Shown here piece after piece: positions 1-8,641 of a DNA stretch of 64,000 nucleotides. The stretch is from Oscillospiraceae bacterium (GTDB taxonomy: Bacteria > Bacillota > Clostridia > Oscillospirales > CAG-272), in NCBI GenBank assembly GCA_015064345.1, contig SVSK01000001.1, positions 6,937 through 70,936 on the forward strand. The letters are read 5' to 3'. Numbering within the stretch: position 1 is the first letter of the stretch; every line of letters begins with the position of its first letter. The position numbers and the translations under genes were made by a program. The notes under the pieces are model-generated. The model ran no database searches. It worked only from the letters and a program-made list of their open reading frames with translations, and was not told the DNA's origin.

Positions 1-306
1 GTATGCTTTCATTGCTATTTCAAAGCGTTCTTTCGGGGATTTCTCATCCCAAAAGGCGATACAAGCTTCTTCAACTTTTCTCTCCCACTCCGCTTGTCTT
101 GCTTCCTCGTTAGCGCCAAGCAGCTCGTCGGTAGTTATCCCAAAATACAATGATATCTTCGGAATAAGCTCAATATCGGGGTAGGCAACGCCGGTCTCCC
201 ATCTGCTGACAGACTGGAAAGTAACCCCGAGAGCCTGCGCAAGCTCATCCTGTGTGACATTCTTCTCTCGCCGCTTGTTTCGTATAATTTCAGCAATCGG
301 TAACAT
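1..306 (-). CDS. XRE-family helix-turn-helix transcriptional regulator, N-terminal 102 codons (gene runs off the window start)
   Basis: Own translation of the minus strand from ATG at 306: MLPIAEIIRNKRREKNVTQDELAQALGVTFQSVSRWETGVAYPDIELIPKISLYFGITTDELLGANEE... This is a typical HTH_3 pattern. The N-terminus is paralogous to CDS 49655..50761. Not in the ORF track because it is truncated. Confidence 0.75.
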   Translation of the reverse strand, partial: MLPIAEIIRNKRREKNVTQDELAQALGVTFQSVSRWETGVAYPDIELIPKISLYFGITTDELLGANEEARQAEWERKVEEACIAFWDEKSPKERFEIAMKAY

Positions 307-458
307 TAGTAGTTCCTCATTTCATAAAAATGTGAATCAGCGCTGTTTCTGTCTATAGAATAACACGCGCATAAAAATAAATCAATAACTTATTTCGTGA
401 CATAAACTCACGTGCCAAGTGAATTTTTCCTGCGCGACGTGAGTGAACAGAGGTAAAA

Positions 459-2834
459 ATGAACTCAAAAGCCTTATATACACTTGAATTTGATAAGATC
501 CTTGCCGAGCTTGCCGAAGTAGCACAGACAGAGGGCGCGGCAGAACTTGCAATGCGGCTTAAGCCATCTTCCGACATAGAAAAAGTGCGCCTGATGCAGC
601 AGAGAACAACTGACGCAAAGGCTTTTGTGGGAATGAAGGGTCAGCCGTCCTTTGGCAAGATCAAGGATATCAGAGCAAGCCTTGAAAGAGCCGAGAAAGA
701 GGCGGTACTCTCCCTCAGAGAACTTCTCGACTGCGCGGCAGTGCTCAGAACGTCAAGAACACTGCTTGACTATATAAAAAGCGACAAGACTCCCGACACC
801 ACTCTTGCTGAAATTTTCGAGCGCCTTACTCCGAACAGACATCTTGAGGATAAGATCACACGCTCGATCATAGCGGAGGATTTTGTGGCGGACGAAGCCA
901 GTCCCGAGCTTGCCGCAATCAGACGCAAGAAAAGAGCGACTGACAACAAGATCAAGGATATTATTCAGAAATACGTCTCCGGTCAGTCGAAATATCTTCA
1001 AGAAAATATCGTAACCACCCGCGGCGGCAGATTCGTTATTCCCGTTAAGGCGGAGTACAGAAACGAAGTCAAGGGTCTGATCCACGACACATCCCAGTCC
1101 GGTGCAACACTCTTCATCGAGCCCATGGCGGTGGTTGAAGCCAATAACGAGCTGAGAGAACTGGAGAGCAAGGAAGCTCATGAGATCGAACGTATTCTCC
1201 GCGATCTTTCCGCAGGAGTTGCTGTTTCTGCCCGCTCCATTGAACTCGACTATCTGAATATCACAGAGCTTGCATTCATCTTCGCCTGTGCGGAGCTTTC
1301 CTATAAAATGGACGCGACCGCACCGAAGATATCCGATAAAAAGATCATCGAGCTTTACCGTGCCCGTCATCCTCTTCTTGATAAGAAAACGGTAGTGCCG
1401 ATAACGGTTACTCTCGGCAGAGATTACAAGATGCTGGTTATAACAGGTCCCAATACGGGCGGTAAGACTGTTACACTAAAGACGATTGGTCTCTTTGCCC
1501 TTATGGCACAGGCGGGACTTCATATCCCTGCAGAGGATACGTCCGTTGTAGGCGTGTTTGACGAGATCTTCTCCGATATAGGAGACGAGCAGAGCATTGA
1601 GCAGTCTCTCTCCACATTCTCCTCACACATGAAGGGCATAGTTTCCATCATCAACAGTATGACCGAAAATTCTCTCGTGCTGTTTGATGAGCTTGGTTCA
1701 GGTACTGACCCTGTTGAGGGCGCGGCACTTGCCATGGCAATACTTGAAGAAGCAAGACTTGGCGGCATACTTTGTGCGGCAACGACTCACTATGCTGAAC
1801 TGAAGGCTTATGCCATCGAAACAGAGGGAGTGGTCAACGCATCCTGCGAATTTGACGTAAATACGCTCCGTCCCACATACAGACTCATAATCGGCACGCC
1901 CGGCAAGTCAAATGCGTTTGCAATTTCCGAAAAGCTCGGACTTCCCGAGGACATTGTAAAGCGCGCATCCCGATTTGTTGACACAGGATCACGCAATTTC
2001 GAGGCTGTTATCGAAAAACTTGAAGCAACCCGAACACAGCTTGAAAAAGAGAAGAGAGATGCAGAACGATCCCGCAGAGAATTTGAAGAATACCGCAAAA
2101 ATTCCGAAGCGGAGCTGAAAAAGCGCCTTGCAAATGCAGAAAAAGAAGCAGATAAGATGCGCAAAAAAGCACAGGAACTGCTTGACGGCGCAAGAGCTAC
2201 CAGTGATTACGTCATCACCGAGCTTGAAAAAGCTAAAAAGCAGAAGGACTCCGAAAAATTCGGCGAGTATATCGCTGATGCCAGAAAGAACGTTCGTCAG
2301 AGAGTCCGCGAATATGACGACAGAATGAATCCCGTTATGGGAGCAGACAGAGATGACGACTACGTACTGCCACGGGAGCTTAAGACAGGGGATGTGGTAC
2401 AGCATCGCAACCTGGGCACTAAGGGTAAGCTTGTTGACAATCCCGACAAAAACGGCAACGTCAATGTTCTTATGGGTGCTGTGAAGATGAGAGTAAATAT
2501 CAAGGACCTCAGGCTCATCGAGGATGCTGAATCTGCTGACAAAGCGAACAAAGCCAAGATACAGTCCCAGTTTAAGGCGGCGGTCACAAAAAGCTTTAAG
2601 CTGGAATGTGACGTACGCGGCATGACAGGTGAAGAAGCGTGGGTCGTAGTTGACGGATACATCGACAGCGCCATTATCGCAGGCGTTCACTCTGCAACAG
2701 TTATCCACGGAAAGGGAACAGGTGCTCTCCGCGCATCTCTTTGGCAGAAATTCAAGGCGGATAAGCGTGTAAAATCCTTCCGCGCAGGTGCATACGGAGA
2801 GGGAGACTACGGCGTTACCGTTCTTGAGATGTAA
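459..2834 (+). CDS. mutS2: Endonuclease MutS2 (MutS ATPase domain plus C-terminal Smr domain)
   Basis: 791-aa ORF. Walker A ITGPNTGGKTV, MutS family core (STFSSHM, LFDELGSGTDP), coiled-coil region and C-terminal Smr (DVRGMTGEEA...HGKGTGALR). AGAGG lies 5 nt before the ATG. Confidence 0.95.
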   Translation: MNSKALYTLEFDKILAELAEVAQTEGAAELAMRLKPSSDIEKVRLMQQRTTDAKAFVGMKGQPSFGKIKDIRASLERAEKEAVLSLRELLDCAAVLRTSRTLLDYIKSDKTPDTTLAEIFERLTPNRHLEDKITRSIIAEDFVADEASPELAAIRRKKRATDNKIKDIIQKYVSGQSKYLQENIVTTRGGRFVIPVKAEYRNEVKGLIHDTSQSGATLFIEPMAVVEANNELRELESKEAHEIERILRDLSAGVAVSARSIELDYLNITELAFIFACAELSYKMDATAPKISDKKIIELYRARHPLLDKKTVVPITVTLGRDYKMLVITGPNTGGKTVTLKTIGLFALMAQAGLHIPAEDTSVVGVFDEIFSDIGDEQSIEQSLSTFSSHMKGIVSIINSMTENSLVLFDELGSGTDPVEGAALAMAILEEARLGGILCAATTHYAELKAYAIETEGVVNASCEFDVNTLRPTYRLIIGTPGKSNAFAISEKLGLPEDIVKRASRFVDTGSRNFEAVIEKLEATRTQLEKEKRDAERSRREFEEYRKNSEAELKKRLANAEKEADKMRKKAQELLDGARATSDYVITELEKAKKQKDSEKFGEYIADARKNVRQRVREYDDRMNPVMGADRDDDYVLPRELKTGDVVQHRNLGTKGKLVDNPDKNGNVNVLMGAVKMRVNIKDLRLIEDAESADKANKAKIQSQFKAAVTKSFKLECDVRGMTGEEAWVVVDGYIDSAIIAGVHSATVIHGKGTGALRASLWQKFKADKRVKSFRAGAYGEGDYGVTVLEM

Positions 2835-2857
2835 GTCGGATTTTTTACCCTATTCTA

Positions 2858-2886
2858 TTGCAAAAGTCGCATGATAATGCTATAAT
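2858..2886 (+). promoter_or_regulatory. Sigma-A type promoter upstream of rhaB (TTGCAA-17-TATAAT)
   Basis: TTGCAA at 2858-2863, 17-nt spacer, TATAAT at 2881-2886, about 90 nt upstream of the rhaB ATG. Confidence 0.5.
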
Positions 2887-2975
2887 GTAATTTGAATTAT
2901 TGTGAGCGATATTTTTTTGTCGGTCACTTTGACAAACACGAATAAAAATAATGAAATATAAAGGAGACCTGTAAC

Positions 2976-4457
2976 ATGAGCGCTAAAAAAATGCTTGCCA
3001 TCGACCTTGGTGCATCCAGCGGCAGAGGTATAATCGGAGGCTGGGATGGCGGAAAGATCACTCTTGATGAGATACATCGTTTCTCCAATGATACTGTTAT
3101 GATGCCCGGAGGATTCTTCTGGGATACTCTCCGTTTGCTGTTTGAGATCAAGACCGCTATTCTGAAGGCTTCTCACGCAGGCGGTATTGATACTATCGGT
3201 ATCGACACATGGGGTGTTGACTACGGTTACCTTGATAAGACAGGTACACTTCTCTCCAATCCTTACCACTACAGAGATACAAGAACTGACGGAATTCAGG
3301 ATTACGTATTCGGTAAGTTCCTCACAAAGAGCGAGCTTTACGCAAAGACCGGTATCCAGTCCATGAATTTCAACACAATATTCCAGATGGCAGCTGACCT
3401 CAGAGACCGTCCTTGGATCGTTGAAAACGCAGAAAGTATGCTCCATATGCCCGACCTTCTCGGATATATGCTTACAGGTAAGAAGGCGAGCGAATATACC
3501 ATCGCTTCCACAGGTGCTCTTCTTGACGCAAGAGAAAGAGATTACGCACGTGACATCATCGCAAAGTTCGGTATTCCCGAAAGACTGTTCTGCGACATCG
3601 TACAGCCCGGATATAACATGGGCAAGCTGCTTCCTTCAATCGAAGAGGAAACAGGCTTCACAGGTGCGGATGTAATTAAGGTTGCATCTCACGACACAGC
3701 AAGTGCGGTGCTTTCCGTTCCCGCGCAGTGTGACGATTTCCTTTACATATCCAGCGGTACATGGTCCCTCATGGGCACAGAAACAAAGGAACCTGCTCTT
3801 ACACCCGTTTCCGAAAAGTATGACTTTACAAACGAGGGCGGTGCAGGAGGTACCATCCGTGTACTCCGTAACATCATGGGTCTGTGGCTTGAACAGGAAT
3901 CCCGCCGTCAGTGGAAGAGAGAGGGTAAGACATACTCCTTCGACGATCTTTCAAACATGGCACTTGCATCCAAGCCCCTGCAGTGCTTCATCAATCCCGA
4001 TGATCAGCTCTTCGCAACTGCAGGTAACATGCCCGGTCGTATCTGCGAATACTGCAAGAAGACAGGTCAGCACGTTCCCGAAAACGTAGGCGAGATCGTT
4101 CGTTGCATCTTCGATTCTCTTGCACTCCGCTACCGTTGGACAGCAGAAAAGCTTGAAGAGCTTACAGGCAAGACGTATCCCGTTATCAACATCGTAGGCG
4201 GCGGTACAAAGGAAGAAATGCTTTCCCAGTTTGCTGCAGACGCTTCCCACAAGCACGTTTCCGCAGGTCCTGTTGAAGCAACAGCTCTCGGTAACATTGC
4301 GGCACAGTGCATTGCATCCGGCGAGATCAAGGATATCAAGGAAGCAAGAGCAGTTATCCGCAATTCTTCAGAGGTTAAGGAATACGAGCCCGACACAGCA
4401 ACCGCTGCACAGTGGGATGATGCATACGGCAAGTTCCTCACTCTGCTTGGCAAATAA
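2976..4457 (+). CDS. rhaB: Rhamnulokinase (FGGY carbohydrate kinase)
   Basis: 493-aa ORF. N-terminus LAIDLGASSGRGI... and FGGY family features. AGGAG RBS. Immediately upstream of rhaA. Confidence 0.9.
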   Translation: MSAKKMLAIDLGASSGRGIIGGWDGGKITLDEIHRFSNDTVMMPGGFFWDTLRLLFEIKTAILKASHAGGIDTIGIDTWGVDYGYLDKTGTLLSNPYHYRDTRTDGIQDYVFGKFLTKSELYAKTGIQSMNFNTIFQMAADLRDRPWIVENAESMLHMPDLLGYMLTGKKASEYTIASTGALLDARERDYARDIIAKFGIPERLFCDIVQPGYNMGKLLPSIEEETGFTGADVIKVASHDTASAVLSVPAQCDDFLYISSGTWSLMGTETKEPALTPVSEKYDFTNEGGAGGTIRVLRNIMGLWLEQESRRQWKREGKTYSFDDLSNMALASKPLQCFINPDDQLFATAGNMPGRICEYCKKTGQHVPENVGEIVRCIFDSLALRYRWTAEKLEELTGKTYPVINIVGGGTKEEMLSQFAADASHKHVSAGPVEATALGNIAAQCIASGEIKDIKEARAVIRNSSEVKEYEPDTATAAQWDDAYGKFLTLLGK

Positions 4458-4489
4458 TACAGCGAAAAATAAATTAACGGAGAATAAAA

Positions 4490-5743
4490 ATGAATATTGA
4501 AAGAAATCTTGACATAGCACGCGAGGCTTACGCGAAGCTTGGCGTTGACGTTGATGCCGCTATAAAGTCTGTTTCCGAAACACCCGTTTCCATCCATTGC
4601 TGGCAGGGAGATGACGTTGCAGGCTTTGAAACTCCCGATGGAGAACTGACAGGCGGTATTCAGTCCACAGGTAATTATCCCGGAAAGGCGCGCAACATTG
4701 ACGAGCTTCGTGCAGACTTCGAGTTTGCAAACAAGCTTATCCCCGGTAAGAAGAAGTTCTCTCTTCACGCAATCTACCTTGATGCACAGGGTAAGAAGGT
4801 TGCAAGAAACGAAGTTGCTCCCGAGCATTTTACATCTTGGGTACAGTGGGCAAAGGAAAACGGCCTCGGTCTTGACTTTAACCCCACATTCTTCAGCCAT
4901 CCTCTCTCCGCTGACGGATTTACTCTTTCCAGTGATGACGAATCTATCCGTAAGTTCTGGGTAGAGCACGGTATTCAGTCCAGACTCATCTCCGAGTCTT
5001 TCGGCCGTGAGCTTGGTCAGACATCCTGCAACAACCTCTGGGTTCCCGACGGATTCAAGGATATCCCCGTGAATCGTGCAAAGAAGAGAGAAAATCTCGC
5101 AAAGTCCTATGACGAGATCTTCGCTGTCAAGACTGACGACAACTACAACCTCGACTCTCTTGAGAGCAAGGTGTTCGGTATCGGTGCTGAAAGCTGCACA
5201 ATCGGCTCTCACGAGTTCTATATGGGCTGCGCTATGAAGCACGGTAAGCTTCTCACACTTGATACAGGTCACTACCACCCCACAGAGGTAGTTTCCGATA
5301 AGATCTCCGGCGTTCTTACATATCTTGACGGTGTAATGCTTCATGTTTCCCGTCCTGTTCGTTGGGACAGTGACCACGTTGTTATCCTTGATGACGAGCT
5401 TAAGGCTATAACAACTGAGATCAAGCGCGGCGGATACGAGAAGAGAGTTCACATAGGACTTGACTTCTTCGACGGATCTATCAACAGAATCGCATGCTGG
5501 GCAATCGGTTCCCGCAATATGCAGAAGGCACTTCTTTGGGCAGCCCTTGAGCCTATTGCAATGCTTCAGAAGTTTGAGGCAGAGGGAGACTTCACAAGCC
5601 GTCTTGCATACCTTGAAGAGATCAAGACACTTCCGTTCGGATTTGTTTGGGATGCATACTGCGCACAGCAGAACGTACCTGTAGGAGATAAGTGGATCGC
5701 TGACGTAAAGAAGTACGAAGCAGACGTCCTCTCCCACAGATAA
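4490..5743 (+). CDS. rhaA: L-rhamnose isomerase
   Basis: 417-aa ORF colinear with E. coli RhaA motifs (HCWQGDDV.GFE, GGIQ.TGNYPGKARN, RPVRWDSDHVV.LDDE, HIGLDFFD.SINRIA.W). Confidence 0.95.
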   Translation: MNIERNLDIAREAYAKLGVDVDAAIKSVSETPVSIHCWQGDDVAGFETPDGELTGGIQSTGNYPGKARNIDELRADFEFANKLIPGKKKFSLHAIYLDAQGKKVARNEVAPEHFTSWVQWAKENGLGLDFNPTFFSHPLSADGFTLSSDDESIRKFWVEHGIQSRLISESFGRELGQTSCNNLWVPDGFKDIPVNRAKKRENLAKSYDEIFAVKTDDNYNLDSLESKVFGIGAESCTIGSHEFYMGCAMKHGKLLTLDTGHYHPTEVVSDKISGVLTYLDGVMLHVSRPVRWDSDHVVILDDELKAITTEIKRGGYEKRVHIGLDFFDGSINRIACWAIGSRNMQKALLWAALEPIAMLQKFEAEGDFTSRLAYLEEIKTLPFGFVWDAYCAQQNVPVGDKWIADVKKYEADVLSHR

Positions 5744-5744
5744 T

Positions 5745-6557
5745 ATGAAAATCAACTCGAAAATAAAGCTTGTTTCATTGATACTTGCCCTTGTCATGGC
5801 GATCATTCCGCTCTCATCATGCTCTGACTCCGGTGGAGCGAAGAATGATGGAGAAGAGGAAAACAAGGTCACACTTGCAAGTCCGTCCATTGGCATTGGC
5901 AGACCAAGCCAAAGCGGCGACGGCCCGTCAAATGATCCTGCGGCCGATACAGGTATTGTGATCTGCATAGACCCGGGCCACGGATTCATGGATGGCGGCT
6001 GCGGAGAGGGAATTGAAGCGCTTGGCGGTGTTCTTGAAAAAGAGATCAATCTTGCAATAGCAAATATGCTTGATGAAGACCTCAGGCACATGGGCTACAC
6101 CACGATAGTGACCCACAACGGCAAGGACATTCCCTCGTGGGATACTAACAAAAACAACATTTTCAGCGCAAGCGAGAGAGTTGTTTACGTGAACACACTT
6201 GATATAGACTATCTGGTGTCTATTCACGTCAACTCAAACAGCGACACATCAATTTCCGGACTTTGGATCTGCTACGAGCAGAACGCAAGAAAGCAGAACG
6301 ATTGGTCTGAAAAGATCGCGCAGAGTATTTCATCCGCGATAACTGAAAACGGGCTTGACGTGGCGAAGAACGTGCTGAAAAGCGAGTATTCTCTTGCTCT
6401 TACAAGAGAGACATACGCCGCAGCTTCTCTCATTGAGATCGGCTTTGCGACAAATGTATCAGACGCGGCGAGAATGCTTGACCCAGAGTGGCAGAGCCTT
6501 CTTGCACAGTCTATAGCAGACGGTATTGACGACTATTTCAAAGGTGGCGATAATTAA
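5745..6557 (+). CDS. N-acetylmuramoyl-L-alanine amidase (Amidase_3 family), predicted lipoprotein
   Basis: 270-aa ORF. Signal peptide with lipobox LSSC. IDPGHG...H.N motif pattern of the CwlD/AmiC-type amidase_3 fold. Starts 1 nt after the rhaA stop. Confidence 0.85.
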   Translation: MKINSKIKLVSLILALVMAIIPLSSCSDSGGAKNDGEEENKVTLASPSIGIGRPSQSGDGPSNDPAADTGIVICIDPGHGFMDGGCGEGIEALGGVLEKEINLAIANMLDEDLRHMGYTTIVTHNGKDIPSWDTNKNNIFSASERVVYVNTLDIDYLVSIHVNSNSDTSISGLWICYEQNARKQNDWSEKIAQSISSAITENGLDVAKNVLKSEYSLALTRETYAAASLIEIGFATNVSDAARMLDPEWQSLLAQSIADGIDDYFKGGDN

Positions 6558-7516
6558 TGCTTGACAATCTTGTTTACAGCATAAATTCTATCCTTCCCAT
6601 ATTTTTGCTTGTGGTGTTTGGTGCACTGCTTAAAAAATGGGAGAAGATCACAGACTCCTTTACAGAGATCGCTGACTGGATAGTGTTCAAGATCGCACTT
6701 CCCGTTATGCTGTTTTTGGAGGTTGCCTCCTGCAGCATATCGGACGATTTTGACAGTAAACTTGTGCTGTTTCTCGTCATATCCGTAACCTCGGTGTTCA
6801 CCCTTGTAACGGTAATCACAGCACTTGTGATAAAGGATAACTCGAAGCGCGGTGCGTTCATTCAGGGAATGTGCAGATCAAACTTTGCCATCCTCGGTGT
6901 TCCACTTGCTGAGAATATGTTCGGCGAGGCGGGCGGCAAAACCATTGCGATCGTAATGCCGTTTATCATCCTTATGTTCAATTCCTACTCGGTTATAATC
7001 CTCTCGATGTTCTCGGGAAGCGAAAAACATAAGCTTGACAAAAAATCCGTATTTGGAATAATCAAAAACGTGGTAACAAACCCCCTTATCATTGCGGTAG
7101 TTCTTGCTCTTCCGTTTATGCTGTTTGATATCAGAATCATCACGGCGGCGGATAAAACTCTTACTTACCTTTCCGCTCTTGCAACACCTCTTGCGCTTCT
7201 CAGCCTCGGAGCAAACTTCAAGACTGAAAGCCTCAGGGGAAGAGTCGGATATGCGGCTATGGCGGCGGCGGGAAAAACTGTCATCGTTCCGGCGATTGCT
7301 GTTACAGTGGCGGCACTTTGCGGGCTCAGAGGTCCCTCACTTGGTGTTGTGCTCATCTGTTTTGGCTCTCCCACTGCTGTTACAAGCTACATTATGGCGA
7401 AGAAAATGGATAACGACCACGATCTCGCCGCACAGATATTGCTTCTCTCAACGCTCGTTTGCGTTGTGACGATATTTATCGGTATTTTTATACTGAAGAC
7501 CCTGGCACTAATTTGA
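6557..7516 (+). CDS. AEC (auxin efflux carrier) family transporter
   Basis: 319-aa polytopic membrane ORF typical of the AEC/malate-permease family. Its ATG overlaps the amidase stop by 1 nt (TAATG). Confidence 0.85.
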   Translation: MLDNLVYSINSILPIFLLVVFGALLKKWEKITDSFTEIADWIVFKIALPVMLFLEVASCSISDDFDSKLVLFLVISVTSVFTLVTVITALVIKDNSKRGAFIQGMCRSNFAILGVPLAENMFGEAGGKTIAIVMPFIILMFNSYSVIILSMFSGSEKHKLDKKSVFGIIKNVVTNPLIIAVVLALPFMLFDIRIITAADKTLTYLSALATPLALLSLGANFKTESLRGRVGYAAMAAAGKTVIVPAIAVTVAALCGLRGPSLGVVLICFGSPTAVTSYIMAKKMDNDHDLAAQILLLSTLVCVVTIFIGIFILKTLALI

Positions 7517-7537
7517 AAATCTAATGAATGGAGATGA

Positions 7538-8584
7538 ATGATCATGATCAATCTCGAAAAAGAAATCAGAGAACAGCCCGAGGCGCTTGCCCGTGTGCTC
7601 GACATCAATCTTGACACTATCCGTGAGGTAGTTGCAAAGGCTAAGGCTACAGGAGTAAAGTCCGTTTATTTCGCAGCTCGCGGAACCTCCGACCACGCTT
7701 GTGTTTACGCACAGTACCTCTTTGGTATTCTTGCAGGTATTCCTTGCACACTCGGTACTCCCTCCGTGTTCACAAAGTACGGTGCACATGTTGACCTTTC
7801 CGGTATGCTTGTTGTAGGCGTTTCCCAGTCCGGTAAGGCCGAGGACGTTCTTGCAGTTCTCGAATCTGCAAAGGCTGACGGCGCTATCACAGTTGCTGTT
7901 ACTAACAATACAGAGTCTCCCATGGCAAAGTGTGCTGACTACCATCTCTTCTGCGGCTGCGGACTTGAATCAAGTATCGCCGCTACAAAGACATTCACAA
8001 CACAGAAGATGATCCTCGGTGCAATGGCTGCAGTTTGGGCAGGCGACGAAGCAATGATCGAAGCTTTCCGCGGCGTTTCCGCAAAGGCACAGGAGCTGCT
8101 TGATACAAAGTTCGACGATATCATGAAGTTCGCTGACAAGTATCAGAACATTCCCGGCGCAGTTCTTCTCGGCAGAGGCGTATCCTACTGCATCGCACTT
8201 GAAGGCGCACTCAAGATGCTTGAAACAAACAAGCTGAAGATGAAGGGTTACCCCACATCCGACTTCCACCACGGTCCTATCGCTCAGCTTAAGGCAGGCG
8301 ACCTTGTATTCGTTATCAACCCCACAGGTAAGACAGAAGACGACTCCGCTGAGATCTGCAAGAAGCTTCTGAACGTTGGTGCTGACGTAGTTGTTGTAAC
8401 AGACGACGCATCTCTTGCTCCCGAAGGAACAACAGCATTCGTTCTTCCTAACACAGGAAGCGAGCTTACATTTACATACATGGCAGCTATGTTCTTCCAG
8501 CTTGTTGCTTGCTGCATGACCATCGTCCGCGGTATCGACCCCGACAAGGCAGGCGTAATCAACAAGATCACAATCACAAAGTAA
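7538..8584 (+). CDS. Double SIS-domain sugar-phosphate isomerase/deaminase (GlmS C-terminal-like; AgaS/FrlB/NagB-II-like)
   Basis: 348-aa ORF. EI.EQP start and two SIS repeats (GVSQSG...; GRG..Y..ALEGALK..E). An alternative ATG at 7544 is possible. Confidence 0.8.
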   Translation: MIMINLEKEIREQPEALARVLDINLDTIREVVAKAKATGVKSVYFAARGTSDHACVYAQYLFGILAGIPCTLGTPSVFTKYGAHVDLSGMLVVGVSQSGKAEDVLAVLESAKADGAITVAVTNNTESPMAKCADYHLFCGCGLESSIAATKTFTTQKMILGAMAAVWAGDEAMIEAFRGVSAKAQELLDTKFDDIMKFADKYQNIPGAVLLGRGVSYCIALEGALKMLETNKLKMKGYPTSDFHHGPIAQLKAGDLVFVINPTGKTEDDSAEICKKLLNVGADVVVVTDDASLAPEGTTAFVLPNTGSELTFTYMAAMFFQLVACCMTIVRGIDPDKAGVINKITITK

Positions 8585-8602
8585 TCAAAAGCACAAACGT
8601 AA

Positions 8603-8641
8603 AACGCACCCGAGCAGAAATGTTCAGGTGCGTTGTTTTTT
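8603..8641. terminator. Intrinsic terminator shared by the convergent SIS operon and the P-type ATPase gene
   Basis: AACGCACC (8603-8610) pairs with GGTGCGTT (8627-8634) and is followed by a T-run. An A-rich left flank gives weaker function on the minus strand. Confidence 0.7.

Noticed and set aside
2901-2914. cre-like sequence TGTGAGCGATATTT in the rhaB leader
   Set aside because: Three mismatches to the CcpA cre consensus TGWAANCGNTNWCA, including the 3' CA. This is not supportable without a matrix scan.
4130-6091. 653-aa minus-strand ORF spanning the end of rhaB, all of rhaA and the start of the amidase gene
   Set aside because: It lies antisense to three strongly supported genes. The translation is low-complexity (Ser/Cys/Leu-rich) with no recognisable domain and no RBS. 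It is a typical stop-poor antisense frame of biased coding sequence.
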